A stretch of DNA of 64,000 nucleotides from positions 128,001 through 192,000 of the forward strand of contig CAWAAX010000004.1 of assembly GCA_963780225.1 (NCBI GenBank), given 5' to 3'. Source of the DNA: an uncultured bacterium. Lineage in GTDB: Bacteria > Edwardsbacteria > AC1 > EtOH8. Shown piece by piece: positions 36,663 through 46,831 of this stretch (position 1 is the stretch's first letter; each line of letters starts with the position of its first letter). The notes below the pieces were generated by a model. That model worked only from the letters and a program-made list of their open reading frames with translations, was not told the origin of the DNA and did no database searches. The position numbers and the translations under genes are program-made.

Positions 36663-36827
36663 TGTGTATGATTAATAGCCACGCCCCGCCAACGGCGAGG
36701 CTCCGCTTTCTGCGGGGCCGGGGGCGATATCGTTCCGACTTCGTACTGGCAAATAAATACTTCGTCGGATAAATCACGGTATCGCATAAATAGGTTTGGC
36801 CTTAACCAAATTCCCTTAAAATAATAC

Positions 36828-37943
36828 ATGATACCTTCCAAAAAATATTTACGTCTGCTTACTTTAGCTCTGATACTTCTCCCAACATTAGCCTTTTCCC
36901 AGGTCAAAGGCATGTGGGTGGTGCGCTATTCCCTGACCAGCCCGGCCAGCGTCAAGAAGATAGTCCGCTCGGCCCGGCAGGCCGGCATCACCGACCTCTT
37001 TGTCCAGTTCTTCGCCAAGGGCGAGGCCTACTACAATTCCCAAAACCTGCCCACTGCCGCCTGCGTCTCCAAGGACTTCGACCCCCTGGCCCTGATGCTC
37101 AGGGAGTGCAAGGCCAGCGGCATAAAGATGCACGCCTGGATCAACGTCTACTTCATCTGGTCGTCCGAGGCGGACCCCAGGGACAAACGGCATGTCTATT
37201 ACAAGGGCAAGGGGTGGTTCGCCGCCGATGCCGAGGGCCGTTCGTTAAAGGACTACAGCCAGAAGGAGCTGGACCGGAAGGGCCTGGAAGGGGTCTATCT
37301 TTCCGCGGCCAGTCCCGAGGTCAAGCAGTATCTTCGGGAGCTGGTGCGGGAGATACTCTTCAAGTACGACGTGGACGGCATCCACTTAGACTACGTGCGC
37401 TACGGCAACCTAAACTATTCCTACGACCTTTCCAGCCGCAATGCCTTTTACAGCCAGTATAAGGTGGATCCCATGGCCTTCTTCACCGGGGACCCCGGCC
37501 TAAAGCCCTACTGGGACACCTGGTACCAGTGGCGGATGTACAACATCTCGGACCTGGTCTCCCAGCTTAAGATGGACATCGTAAAATTCAATCCCTGGGT
37601 CAAGCTATCGGCCGCGGTCAAGCCCGACCCCGACGAGGCCCGGGCAGGTTTCGGCCAGGACTGGCCCAACTGGCTGCTGAACCGCTGGGTGGATTTCGTG
37701 GTGCTGATGGACTATTCCAAGGACACTCCCACCGTCCTGCGGCTGGCCCAGAAATCGGTGCGCTACAAGGGGGCGGGACAGGTCTACGTGGGGCTGGGGG
37801 CCTGGCGCGACAGCATGGAGGGCATCATGGAGAAGACCCGGGAACTGCGGCGGGCGGGCATCAACGACATTGTGCTGTTTTCCTACGACGGCCTGGCCCA
37901 GCGGGGGATAAGCTTTGAGGAACTTAAGGACAGGGGATTCTAA
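36828..37943 (+). CDS. secreted GHL10 (DUF187/YddW-like) glycoside hydrolase
   Basis: Signal peptide, FDPL, MHAWIN, DVDGIHLDYVRY, GQDW. Confidence 0.85.
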   Translation: MIPSKKYLRLLTLALILLPTLAFSQVKGMWVVRYSLTSPASVKKIVRSARQAGITDLFVQFFAKGEAYYNSQNLPTAACVSKDFDPLALMLRECKASGIKMHAWINVYFIWSSEADPRDKRHVYYKGKGWFAADAEGRSLKDYSQKELDRKGLEGVYLSAASPEVKQYLRELVREILFKYDVDGIHLDYVRYGNLNYSYDLSSRNAFYSQYKVDPMAFFTGDPGLKPYWDTWYQWRMYNISDLVSQLKMDIVKFNPWVKLSAAVKPDPDEARAGFGQDWPNWLLNRWVDFVVLMDYSKDTPTVLRLAQKSVRYKGAGQVYVGLGAWRDSMEGIMEKTRELRRAGINDIVLFSYDGLAQRGISFEELKDRGF

Positions 37944-38027
37944 CAACTGAATGCAAATTGCAACCCTTCGACATGCTCAGGGTGCATGCAAATTGCAAAA
38001 TATAAACTGTAAACTGTCGGGAGTATC

Positions 38028-38252
38028 ATGAACAAGCAGAAAACACTAAAATGGCTGAACCTGGCGCTGTTCGCGCTGTTCGCCGTCCAGGCGGTGACCG
38101 GGGTGCTGGCCTTTACCGGACTGATGGAGAATGCCGAGGTCGCCGAAGAATTGCATGAGTATGCCGGGCTGGCCATGGTACTGGTTGTCATGGCGCATCT
38201 GTGGCTCAACTGGGGCTGGGTGAAACTGAACTTCCTTGCCAGAAAAAAATAG
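38028..38252 (+). CDS. small two-TM protein, DUF4405-like
   Basis: AVTG...LHEYAG...AHLWLNWGWV. Confidence 0.7.
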   Translation: MNKQKTLKWLNLALFALFAVQAVTGVLAFTGLMENAEVAEELHEYAGLAMVLVVMAHLWLNWGWVKLNFLARKK

Positions 38253-38349
38253 GAAATGGGAAATTGGAAACTGGAACTTTGTCAGTTTGACTTTGGTTGG
38301 GGTACCCTTTTGCAGTTAATTCCGGTAAAACCAAAAATCAGGGAGCAGT

Positions 38350-39600
38350 ATGAGCCAGATACGACGCCTGTTTGAAGAGGATCTCGACCGCTATGTCAAC
38401 ATCGTAGCCGAGGCCTATCCCGGTTTCAAGATCGTTACGCCCGAGGACAAGCAGAAACTCAAGGAACGTTTGGTAAAACACCAGGAGGACGATCCCGGAG
38501 TCAGCTTCTGGGGGCTTTTCCGCGACGAGAAAATGCTGGGCGGGATGCGGCTGCACGACCTGAACCTGCAAATGTACGAGACCCAGATCAAGGCCGGCGG
38601 GGTGGGGATGGTGGCGGTGGACCTGCTCCACAAAAAGGAAAAGATCTGCAGGGAGATGATCGCCTATTTTCTGGAACACTACCGCCAGAAGGGTTACAGC
38701 CTGGCCACGCTGTATCCCTTCCGCCCGGACTTTTACAAGAAGATGGGTTTCGGCTACGGCACCCGGGCCTTTCAGTTCAGGACCAGGCCCGATCAACTGC
38801 CCAAGGGAAGCACCAAAAGCCATGTCAAACGGCTGGAGACCGGCGATCTCAAGGAATATCTGGTCTGCGCCCGGCAGTTCGGCCGGGAGCACCACGGAAT
38901 GATGGAGAAGACCCAGGCCGAGGCCGAGGGGCTGCTGAAAAGCCCGGATTCCAAGGTCTACGGCTATAAAAAGGCCGATCAGGTGCTGGGATACCTGACC
39001 TTTTCCTTTAAGCCGGCCGACGCCAATTTCCTGCAGACCGAGATGGTGGTGCGGGAATTAGTTTATCAGGATCCGGAGATCCTCATGGAACTGATGACAT
39101 TCCTGCACAGCCAGGCCGACCAGATAAAGCAGGTGGTCTTCATCACCCAGGATGAGCACCTGAACTGGCTGTTCGGGGACATCCGGGACGGCTCGGAGAA
39201 CCTGATCCCGCCGCTGTTCCAGCAGACCGCCACCGCTGGTTACGGGATGATGTACCGGTCGCTCAATACCAGAAGGCTGCTGGAGGAGATGAAAGGTCAT
39301 AATTTCGGGGAACAGAACTGCAGGCTTAAACTCAACATCTCCGACAATTTTCTGCCGGCCAATGCCGTTTCGCTGGTGGCCCAGGTGGAATTCGGCGCCC
39401 TGACCATATCAGACGAGCAGGAATACGACGCGGAGATCTGGCTGGACGTCCCTGAATTCTCCTCCCTGCTGATGGGGGCGGTGGATTACAAAACACTTCA
39501 CCGCCTGGGCCTGTCCCGGATCTCCGATCCGGCTTATCTGAACACGGTGGACCGGATATTCAGGGCCCAAAACAAGCCCGTCTGCTACACCTATTTTTAA
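38350..39600 (+). CDS. Eis-like GNAT acetyltransferase
   Basis: GGVGMVAV, LYPFRPDFYKKMGFG, SCP2-like C-terminus ending YF. Confidence 0.85.
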   Translation: MSQIRRLFEEDLDRYVNIVAEAYPGFKIVTPEDKQKLKERLVKHQEDDPGVSFWGLFRDEKMLGGMRLHDLNLQMYETQIKAGGVGMVAVDLLHKKEKICREMIAYFLEHYRQKGYSLATLYPFRPDFYKKMGFGYGTRAFQFRTRPDQLPKGSTKSHVKRLETGDLKEYLVCARQFGREHHGMMEKTQAEAEGLLKSPDSKVYGYKKADQVLGYLTFSFKPADANFLQTEMVVRELVYQDPEILMELMTFLHSQADQIKQVVFITQDEHLNWLFGDIRDGSENLIPPLFQQTATAGYGMMYRSLNTRRLLEEMKGHNFGEQNCRLKLNISDNFLPANAVSLVAQVEFGALTISDEQEYDAEIWLDVPEFSSLLMGAVDYKTLHRLGLSRISDPAYLNTVDRIFRAQNKPVCYTYF

Positions 39601-39616
39601 CGGTAAAACTGCCCGG

Positions 39617-39653
39617 CAAAGCCCCACCAAATACTTTGGCGGGGCTTTGTTTT
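39617..39653 (+). terminator. intrinsic terminator
   Basis: CAAAGCCCCACCAA/TTGGCGGGGCTTTG followed by TTTT. Confidence 0.75.
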
Positions 39654-39657
39654 ATGC

Positions 39658-39686
39658 TTGAATGCAGGGTTGGATTGTGATAAAAT
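39658..39686 (+). promoter_or_regulatory. sigma70 promoter of ychF
   Basis: TTGAAT-N17-TAAAAT with extended TG. Confidence 0.55.
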
Positions 39687-39753
39687 AAAATTTCGGAATG
39701 AATGAAATCAGGCTTAAATCTTTGACATTCATAATACAAACAAAGGAACTATT

Positions 39754-40831
39754 TTGCAACTAGGAATCATCGGCCTGCCCCAGTCGGGCAAGACAACCAT
39801 ATTCAACGCCCTGACCAAATCCTGCATCAAGGTCGGAGTTCCGCATCAAGGTCGGAGAATACTCCACCGGCTGCGACGTGCATATGGGCGTGGTCAAGGT
39901 CCCCGACCCCCGGCTGGACAAGCTTACCGCCATGTTCAATCCCAAGAAGAAGGTCCCGGCCACCATTACCTACGTGGATATCGGCGGCATGGCCAAGGGG
40001 GTCTCCGATTCCGGGGGCCTGGGCACCGAGTTCCTGACCCAGATGCACAAGGTGGATGCCATGATCCTGGTTCTGCGCGGCTTCGCCGACGCCTCCGGCG
40101 CCCCATCCCCGGTGGATGATTACCAGACCATCGCCACCGAGCTGCTGCTGTCCGACCTGTCCATGGTGGAGCGGCGGATCGAGCGGGTCAAAATAGACAT
40201 TAAAAAGGTAAAACGGCCGGAGCTGGACAAGGAACTGGTGATCCTGGATAAATGCCGGGTCCACCTTGAGGCCGAAAAGCCGCTGCACATGCTGGACCTT
40301 TTCCCGGAAGAATCCAAGGCCCTCCGCAGCTTCCAACTTCTGACCGAGAAGCCGCTGCTGCCGGTGCTGAACTACGGGGAAGGGGTGGATTACGCCGCCC
40401 TGCAGAGCGCTTTATCCTCGGCCAGCAGCCAGGAAGCCACCGCCCTGTGCGGGGCCATCGAGATGGACATAGCGCAAATGTCGGATGAGGAAGCCAAAGA
40501 ATTCCTGGCAGAGATGAAGATATCCGAGCCGGCTCTGAACAAGATGATCCGCACCTCGTACCGGCTGCTGGGCCAGATCTCATTTTTCACCGTGGGCGAG
40601 GACGAGTGCCGGGCCTGGACCATTCCTTTAAACACTAAGGCCCCCCAGGCGGCCGGGGCCATCCACTCCGACCTGGAGCGGGGATTCATCCGGGCCGAGA
40701 CGGTCTCCTACGACCACCTGACCGAGGTGGGCACCTACGCCGCCGCCAGGGAAAAGGGCTATGTTAGGCAGGAGGGCAAGGAGTACATAGTCAAGGACGG
40801 GGATGTGATCAATATCAAGTTCAATGTCTGA
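39754..40831 (+). CDS. ychF: redox-regulated ATPase YchF, frameshifted by a 19-nt tandem duplication
   Basis: GLPQSGKTT in the first frame; VPDPRL, IHSDLERGFIRAE, GKEYIVKDGD in the second. Confidence 0.93.
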
Positions 40832-40922
40832 TGAAAAATCTCGAACATATACTTCGAAGGGCAACTTGGTTCCTTCGATCGCCCAGGCGACGTCAGCCAA
40901 CCTCAGGATGACATGTAAAACC

Positions 40923-41706
40923 ATGAAGATAGGCTTTGTTCAATTCAACCCGGCTTTCGGCCAGGTAACTAAAAATCTAAGCACCATACACCGGCTGGTC
41001 TCCTCCGTCAAGGCCGACTTGCTGGTGCTGCCGGAGCTGTGCCTGTCCGGCTATAACTTTGTTTCCATGGACGAGGTCCGGCAGTTGTCGGAAACTTCCG
41101 ACGGGCCTTCCATAAAGTCTCTGAAACTGCTGTCCAAGAAAACCGGGACCATCCTGGTGGCGGGGTTCGCCGAGAAAAGCGGGAGCAAGACATACAACTC
41201 GGCCATCCTGATCCGCCCTTCGGGCAAGACAGACATTTACCGCAAGACCCACCTGTTCTGGAACGAGAAGAAGTGGTTTGCCCCGGGCGATACCGGTTTC
41301 AAGGTCTACCGGGCCGGTCAAACTAAGATCGGGATGATGATCTGCTACGACTGGTTCTTTCCCGAGGCCGCCCGCAGCCTGGCTCTTGCAGGGCGCTCAG
41401 ATAATCTGCCACCCGGCCAACCTGGTGCTGCCCTATTGTCCCCGCTCCATGCCGGTGCGGGCGCTGGAGAACAAGGTCTTCACCATCACCGCCAACCGGA
41501 CGGGCCGGGAAAAGCGGAGCCAGCACGACCTGCGCTTCATCGGGCAGAGCATAATGGCCGGCCCGGACCAAAGCATCCTGGCCATGGCTCCCGGTAAATC
41601 TGAGGCCGTTAGAGTGGTTGACATCGACCCCAAAAAGGCGGATAATAAGAGGGTGACTCCGCTGAACGAGCTTTTCAAAGACCGTAGGCCGGAGTTTTAT
41701 GTTTGA
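40923..41706 (+). CDS. carbon-nitrogen hydrolase (nitrilase superfamily), frameshift near 41385
   Basis: LPEL, YRKTHLF, ICYDWFFPE catalytic triad; RALEN, ANRTG in the second frame. Confidence 0.88.
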
Positions 41707-41778
41707 AATCTTGGAACAGTTATATTTTATAAACCTCTGTGTTTCTGTGTCCATTCGACTTTGCTCAGGACAAGCTCT

Positions 41779-42756
41779 GTGACAAAAACAATAAACGAAA
41801 TAGGTGAGTTCGGCCTGATAGACCGGATAAAAAAGACCGCGGGCATGGTCCCCAAGAACAGCCGGATCCTGTTGGGAATAGGCGATGATGCCGCTCTTTT
41901 TAAACTGTCCCCGGGCAAAATATGCGCCGCCACCACCGACACCATGGTGGAGGGGGTGCACTTTGACCTGAGCTACACTTCTTTCTTCGATCTGGGATAC
42001 AAGGCCATGGCGGCCAATCTTTCCGACATCGCGGCCATGGGGGGGAACCCCCTGCTGGCTTTGGTCACCTTGGCGCTTCCCGGCAAGGTTGGCATCAAGG
42101 ACATAGACCGACTGTACGCCGGGATGCAAGCCTTGGCCGGAAAACACGGGGTGGTGATCGCCGGGGGAGACATCGTCAAAAGCCGGGAGCTCTCCGTAAC
42201 CCTGACCCTGATGGGGGAATGTGATCCCAAAAATGCCGGGCTGCGCTCCGGAGCCAGGTTAGGAGATGCAATCCTTGTTACTGGTGATCTGGGAGGGAGC
42301 CAGGCGGGGTTGGAACTGCTGAATTCAAAATTATCCAAAAAGCACTTGCGGCCGGAGCCAAGGGTGGCAGAGGCAAAGCTGCTGGCTTCCCGGTTCAAAC
42401 TGCACGGGATGATAGATATCTCCGACGGACTGGCCTCGGAACTGCACCACCTGTCCAAAGCCAGCAAGGTTGGCATCCTAATAGACCAAGGGGCCCTGCC
42501 GGTGGCTGAGCAGGCGATCATCGTCGGGAAGATGCTGGGGCGCGATCCCCAAAGATACTGTCTTTACGGCGGGGAGGAATACGAACTGCTTTTCACCCTG
42601 CCGCCCCGGGAAGCCATAAAAGCCAGAGCCCTGATCCAAAAACAGGGAACGGCCTGCACCATCATCGGCCAGGTGGTCAAAGGCGATCAGGTCAGCATCA
42701 TCGCCCAAAACGGCAAAAGAGAAATATTAACAAACCAGGGTTATACACATTTTTAA
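41779..42756 (+). CDS. thiL: thiamine-phosphate kinase
   Basis: GEFGLI, GIGDDAA, NLSDIAAMGG, IDISDGL, GGEEYEL. Confidence 0.95.
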   Translation: MTKTINEIGEFGLIDRIKKTAGMVPKNSRILLGIGDDAALFKLSPGKICAATTDTMVEGVHFDLSYTSFFDLGYKAMAANLSDIAAMGGNPLLALVTLALPGKVGIKDIDRLYAGMQALAGKHGVVIAGGDIVKSRELSVTLTLMGECDPKNAGLRSGARLGDAILVTGDLGGSQAGLELLNSKLSKKHLRPEPRVAEAKLLASRFKLHGMIDISDGLASELHHLSKASKVGILIDQGALPVAEQAIIVGKMLGRDPQRYCLYGGEEYELLFTLPPREAIKARALIQKQGTACTIIGQVVKGDQVSIIAQNGKREILTNQGYTHF

Positions 42757-42781
42757 AGCCTTAAAAAAGCGGGAGACAAAA

Positions 42782-44200
42782 ATGACCTTAAAGCAGATCT
42801 TCGCCATGGCTAAAAAGAACAAGGTGGAATTTGTCGCGGTAAAATTCGTGGACCTGCTGGGGAAATGGCACCAGATAACGGTACCCTCTCACGAGCTGAA
42901 GCCGGAGCTTTTTGAGCGCGGCCGGGGCATAGGGTTCGACGGCTCCAGCGTGGCCGGCTTCACCCAGGTGAAGGCCGGGGACATGATAGTGATCCCCGCG
43001 CCCGATACCGGATTCATGGACCCCTTTGCCAAGCTGCCCACCCTGTCCTTCCTGGGCGAGGTGATAGACGTGGCCACCGGCGAGAAGTTCGACCGCAATC
43101 CCCGCTTTATCGCCGAGAAGGCCGAGCAGTACCTGACCAAGACCGGCTACGCCCCCCAGAGCTTTTGGGGCCCGGAGTTCGAGTTCTACCTGTTCGACTC
43201 GGTCCGCTACCAGAACGATGCCCAGCACAGCTTTTTTGAGGTCGACGCCCGGGAGGCCCAATGGAACAGCGGCAAGGATGAGAACCCCAACCTGGGAAAC
43301 AAGATCGCCCACAAGGGCGGCTACCATGCCGCCCCGCCCCACGACCGTTTCTTCGACTTCCGCTCCTCGCTCTGCAAAACCATGGAGCAGTGCGGGGTGC
43401 CGGTGAAATACCACCACCACGAGGTGGGCGGGGCCGGGCAGATGGAGATCGAGGTGATGTTCGACACCCTGACCAAGATGGCCGACCGGGCCATGCTGGT
43501 CAAGTACATCGTCCGCAATGCCTGCTTCCAGGCCGGTCTGGCCTGCACCTTCATGCCCAAGCCGCTGTTCGGCGAGCCCGGCAGCGGGATGCATGTCCAC
43601 CAGTACCTGGCCAAGGACGGCAGCTCCCTTTTCTACAAGAAGGGCGGGCTAGTGAACATGTCCGATCTGGCCCTGCATTATCTGGGCGGCCTGTTAAAGC
43701 ACGCCCCGGCCCTGCTGGCCTTTACCAACCCCTCCACCAATTCCTACCGCCGGTTGGTGCCGGGCTACGAGGCCCCGGTCAGGTCGTCCTACTCGGTGGG
43801 CAACCGTACCGCGGCGGTCCGGATCCCCGGCTACCTGACCGATCCCAAGACCATGCGCTACGAGTTCCGCCCGCCCGACGCCACCTGCAACCCCTACCTG
43901 GCCTTTGCCGCCATGCTGATGGCCGGGATCGACGGCATCAAGAACAAGATTGACCCGGGCCAGCCGCTGAACAAGGACCTGTTCAGCCTGTCCAAGGCCG
44001 ACCTGGAAAAGATACCCACTTTGCCCACCTCGCTGCCCGAGGCATTGGATGCTCTGGAAAGGGATCACAAGTTCCTGCTGGAGGGCGGGGTTTTCACCAA
44101 GGACCTGATAGAAACCTGGATCGGGTTGAAGTCAAAAGAAGTGGCAGCCCTTAATTTGAGGCCCCATCCTTATGAATTTGAATTGTATTACGATTGCTAA
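42782..44200 (+). CDS. glnA: glutamine synthetase type I
   Basis: FDGSS, HHHEV, TFMPKP, NSYRRLVPGYEAP. Confidence 0.98.
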   Translation: MTLKQIFAMAKKNKVEFVAVKFVDLLGKWHQITVPSHELKPELFERGRGIGFDGSSVAGFTQVKAGDMIVIPAPDTGFMDPFAKLPTLSFLGEVIDVATGEKFDRNPRFIAEKAEQYLTKTGYAPQSFWGPEFEFYLFDSVRYQNDAQHSFFEVDAREAQWNSGKDENPNLGNKIAHKGGYHAAPPHDRFFDFRSSLCKTMEQCGVPVKYHHHEVGGAGQMEIEVMFDTLTKMADRAMLVKYIVRNACFQAGLACTFMPKPLFGEPGSGMHVHQYLAKDGSSLFYKKGGLVNMSDLALHYLGGLLKHAPALLAFTNPSTNSYRRLVPGYEAPVRSSYSVGNRTAAVRIPGYLTDPKTMRYEFRPPDATCNPYLAFAAMLMAGIDGIKNKIDPGQPLNKDLFSLSKADLEKIPTLPTSLPEALDALERDHKFLLEGGVFTKDLIETWIGLKSKEVAALNLRPHPYEFELYYDC

Positions 44201-44232
44201 ACAACCATCAATAATTAAAATGGAGGGTTAAA

Positions 44233-46212
44233 ATGAAACGGTTCCTGTTAACAGTAATTGTTTTATCGGCAACGATGGTTTATGCCGTTACCAGCTCCAA
44301 ATCCGTTTGCCCTATGCCGTCCGATGTTATATCAACACCAGCTGTTCAGAAGATACCTGCTGCAACCAAAGCGATTCTTAATGAGGGATTTGAGGCTGAA
44401 GTTTTCCCGCCTCTTGGGTGGAGCATTTCAGGAGCAGCCTATATGTGGTCGCGAACCGATTTGTGCAGTGCCTATGGGGTAGGAACAGGCTGTGCCAAAG
44501 CCGATTTCTACAATGCTTATCTATCGGCAAATATCCAGGATTTGATTACATTTGTTTGTACACCGACCGGTGCAAATGATTCGCTTTATTTTGACCATGC
44601 CTATGCCACCAATGCGGGAGTCAAGGATTCGCTAACAATTTGGACCTCCACTGACGGTGGATCTAATTGGGCTCATTTAATATGTTTGTATGGCACCCCG
44701 CTTAACACCGGTGGCTCTGTAGCGGAGCCTTTTGTGCCGGATCCCACCCAATGGGATACCAAAAAATATGCTCTTCCGGCTGGAACCAATATGATCAAAT
44801 TTACCGCATATTCCGAATGGGGAAATAATCTTTATCTTGATAATGTCCAGGTTAAATATCCGCAGCAAACATACGGATGTCACCGCACTGGTTATTAAAA
44901 ATCCACAGACTTATCAAAACAGTGCGGTTGCCCCCCAGGTACTGGTAAAGAATCATGGGCACCAGCACAGCATCATTTCCGGTTAACTTTCGGATATCAT
45001 ACAGCAGCACCGAAGTATATTCCCAGAGCGTGAACGTCAGCAATCTGGCGGCCGGGGATACCATCACGGTAACCTTTCCTTTATGGACTCCATCCCCTGC
45101 AGGGGAAGTGTTTGACCATACTGTTTGGACTGCATTGTCCGGCGATCTGGTAAAAGCCAACGATACTTTATACGGCAGAACTTATAGCTATTACTCTCCT
45201 CGTAAAATCATGACTGAAATGTTCACCTGTACCAGTTGCGGGTACTGTCCGGCGGCTAATGATAGTATGAACCATGATATTTGCCGATCTGCAGGATTCG
45301 ATGGTCCTTGTCCGATATCATGTTTGGTGGCCCACCAACAATGACCCCTTCTACTTGAACCTGTTGGATGACACCATGGATATCCGGCAGAGGAGAACCT
45401 ATTATGGCCTTAATTTTGTGCCATATGTTATTGCTGGTGGAATCTTAGTCCCAGGCAGCACTACCAGCGATTATCGTTCCAGTATTCTTAAATTATGTCA
45501 GAATGCCGTCTCTCCATTGACCTTGTCATTAAGCGGCACGTATAATTCGACAGCTAAAAACGGCCGGATAATAGCCACCCTGAATTCCACTGGCCGGATC
45601 ATCGATTCCGATCTGCGGTTGTTTTATATGATCATCCAGGACAGCATCCTTTATACCGGAACCAACGGCGATCCCATTCACCACCAGGTCTATCGCCAGG
45701 TACTGCCCACTATGGACGGAAGATCAATTGCCATCAATATGGGCGAAACTCTTCGCGATTCCGCTACCTTCTCCATCCCGACGGCCGGCTATGCCCCGCC
45801 TTATGTGGAAGATGATTGTCAGATCATCGCTTTTCTTCAGAGCAACGACACCAAGAACATATGGCAGAGCGCCAGCATTCCGTTGTTGTCATTAATTACC
45901 GGTTTGCAAGGCCAACCAGAGGACAGGCCGGTCCTGCGGACATTACTATTGCCCAGTTATCCCAACCCGGCATCCGGTGATGTAAGCATCTCATACAATC
46001 TATCGACGGAAGGTCAAGTGCGGGTTGGTGTATATGACATTATGGGGCGGATGGTAAAAACCCTGGTCAACTGCCGGCAATTACCGGGCCAGTATAACAT
46101 GACCTGGGACGGCAGGAACGATACAGGGGCCAAGGTAGCAAACGGGGTATACTTCTATAAATTAGACACCAAAGGTTTTACCTCGACTAAAAAGCTGACG
46201 ATTTTGAAATAG
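44233..46212 (+). CDS. secreted multidomain protein (beta-sandwich, CARDB-like, Omp28-like CxxC domain, FlgD/T9SS-like CTD) split by frameshifts near 44868, 44953 and 45272
   Basis: Signal peptide; EMFTCTSCGYCP; YHVWWP..NDPFY; YPNP...WDGRND.G.KVANGVYFYKL...KKLTILK. Confidence 0.75.
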
Positions 46213-46227
46213 CAAACTATTTTAAAA

Positions 46228-46263
46228 ACGAGGGTGCCCAATAAAACGATTGGGCGCTCTCGT
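46228..46263 (+). terminator. hairpin between the first and second genes of the cluster
   Basis: ACGAGGGTGCCCAAT/ATTGGGCGCTCTCGT; no T tract. Confidence 0.4.
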
Positions 46264-46268
46264 CTAAA

Positions 46269-46808
46269 ATGGAGGACGGGGTGAATTTTAAGAAAATATT
46301 GATAGCAGTTACGCTGGCGGCGGTTCTATGTGCAACCGGAATGGCCGGCGATCTGAATTTCAAATTAAGAGACATTGAAAATCAAAGAGTGCAATTATCG
46401 GAAATATTGGAAAAAGGGCCGGTGGTAATATCCTTTTGGGCTACCTGGTGCCATCCCTGCCAGGAGGAGTTAAAGCATATTCAGAAGTTCCATGAGCTTT
46501 ATTCGGACAGCGGAATATCTTTTTATGGCATCTCGATAGACGGCGTCAAGGATAAAAACAAGATAAAGGCTTTGATCAAGGGGAAAAGCTTTACCTTTCC
46601 AGTCCTGCTGGATCCGGAACAGGAGGTCATGAAGTCTTTTGGGTTGAATGATGTGCCGGGGATATTCATTATTTCCCGTGAGGGAAAGATATTATACCGT
46701 CATAGCGGGTATAAAGCCGGTGATGAAACGGAATTGGAAAATAATATACTTGAAATCATAAGATCTGCAATCCCCGGGGGAAATAAAGCGATCCGGGATA
46801 CGATATAG
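46269..46808 (+). CDS. TlpA-family thiol-disulfide reductase
   Basis: FWATWCHPC, FPVLLD; N-terminal signal. Confidence 0.9.
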   Translation: MEDGVNFKKILIAVTLAAVLCATGMAGDLNFKLRDIENQRVQLSEILEKGPVVISFWATWCHPCQEELKHIQKFHELYSDSGISFYGISIDGVKDKNKIKALIKGKSFTFPVLLDPEQEVMKSFGLNDVPGIFIISREGKILYRHSGYKAGDETELENNILEIIRSAIPGGNKAIRDTI

Positions 46809-46831
46809 TTTAACCCATAAGGAGATTCGCT

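Noticed and set aside
40824..40922. N-terminal extension of the CN hydrolase; similarly MLRTSS before thiL
   Set aside because: These stretches are hairpin-element DNA; family-like sequence begins at ATG 40923 and GTG 41779
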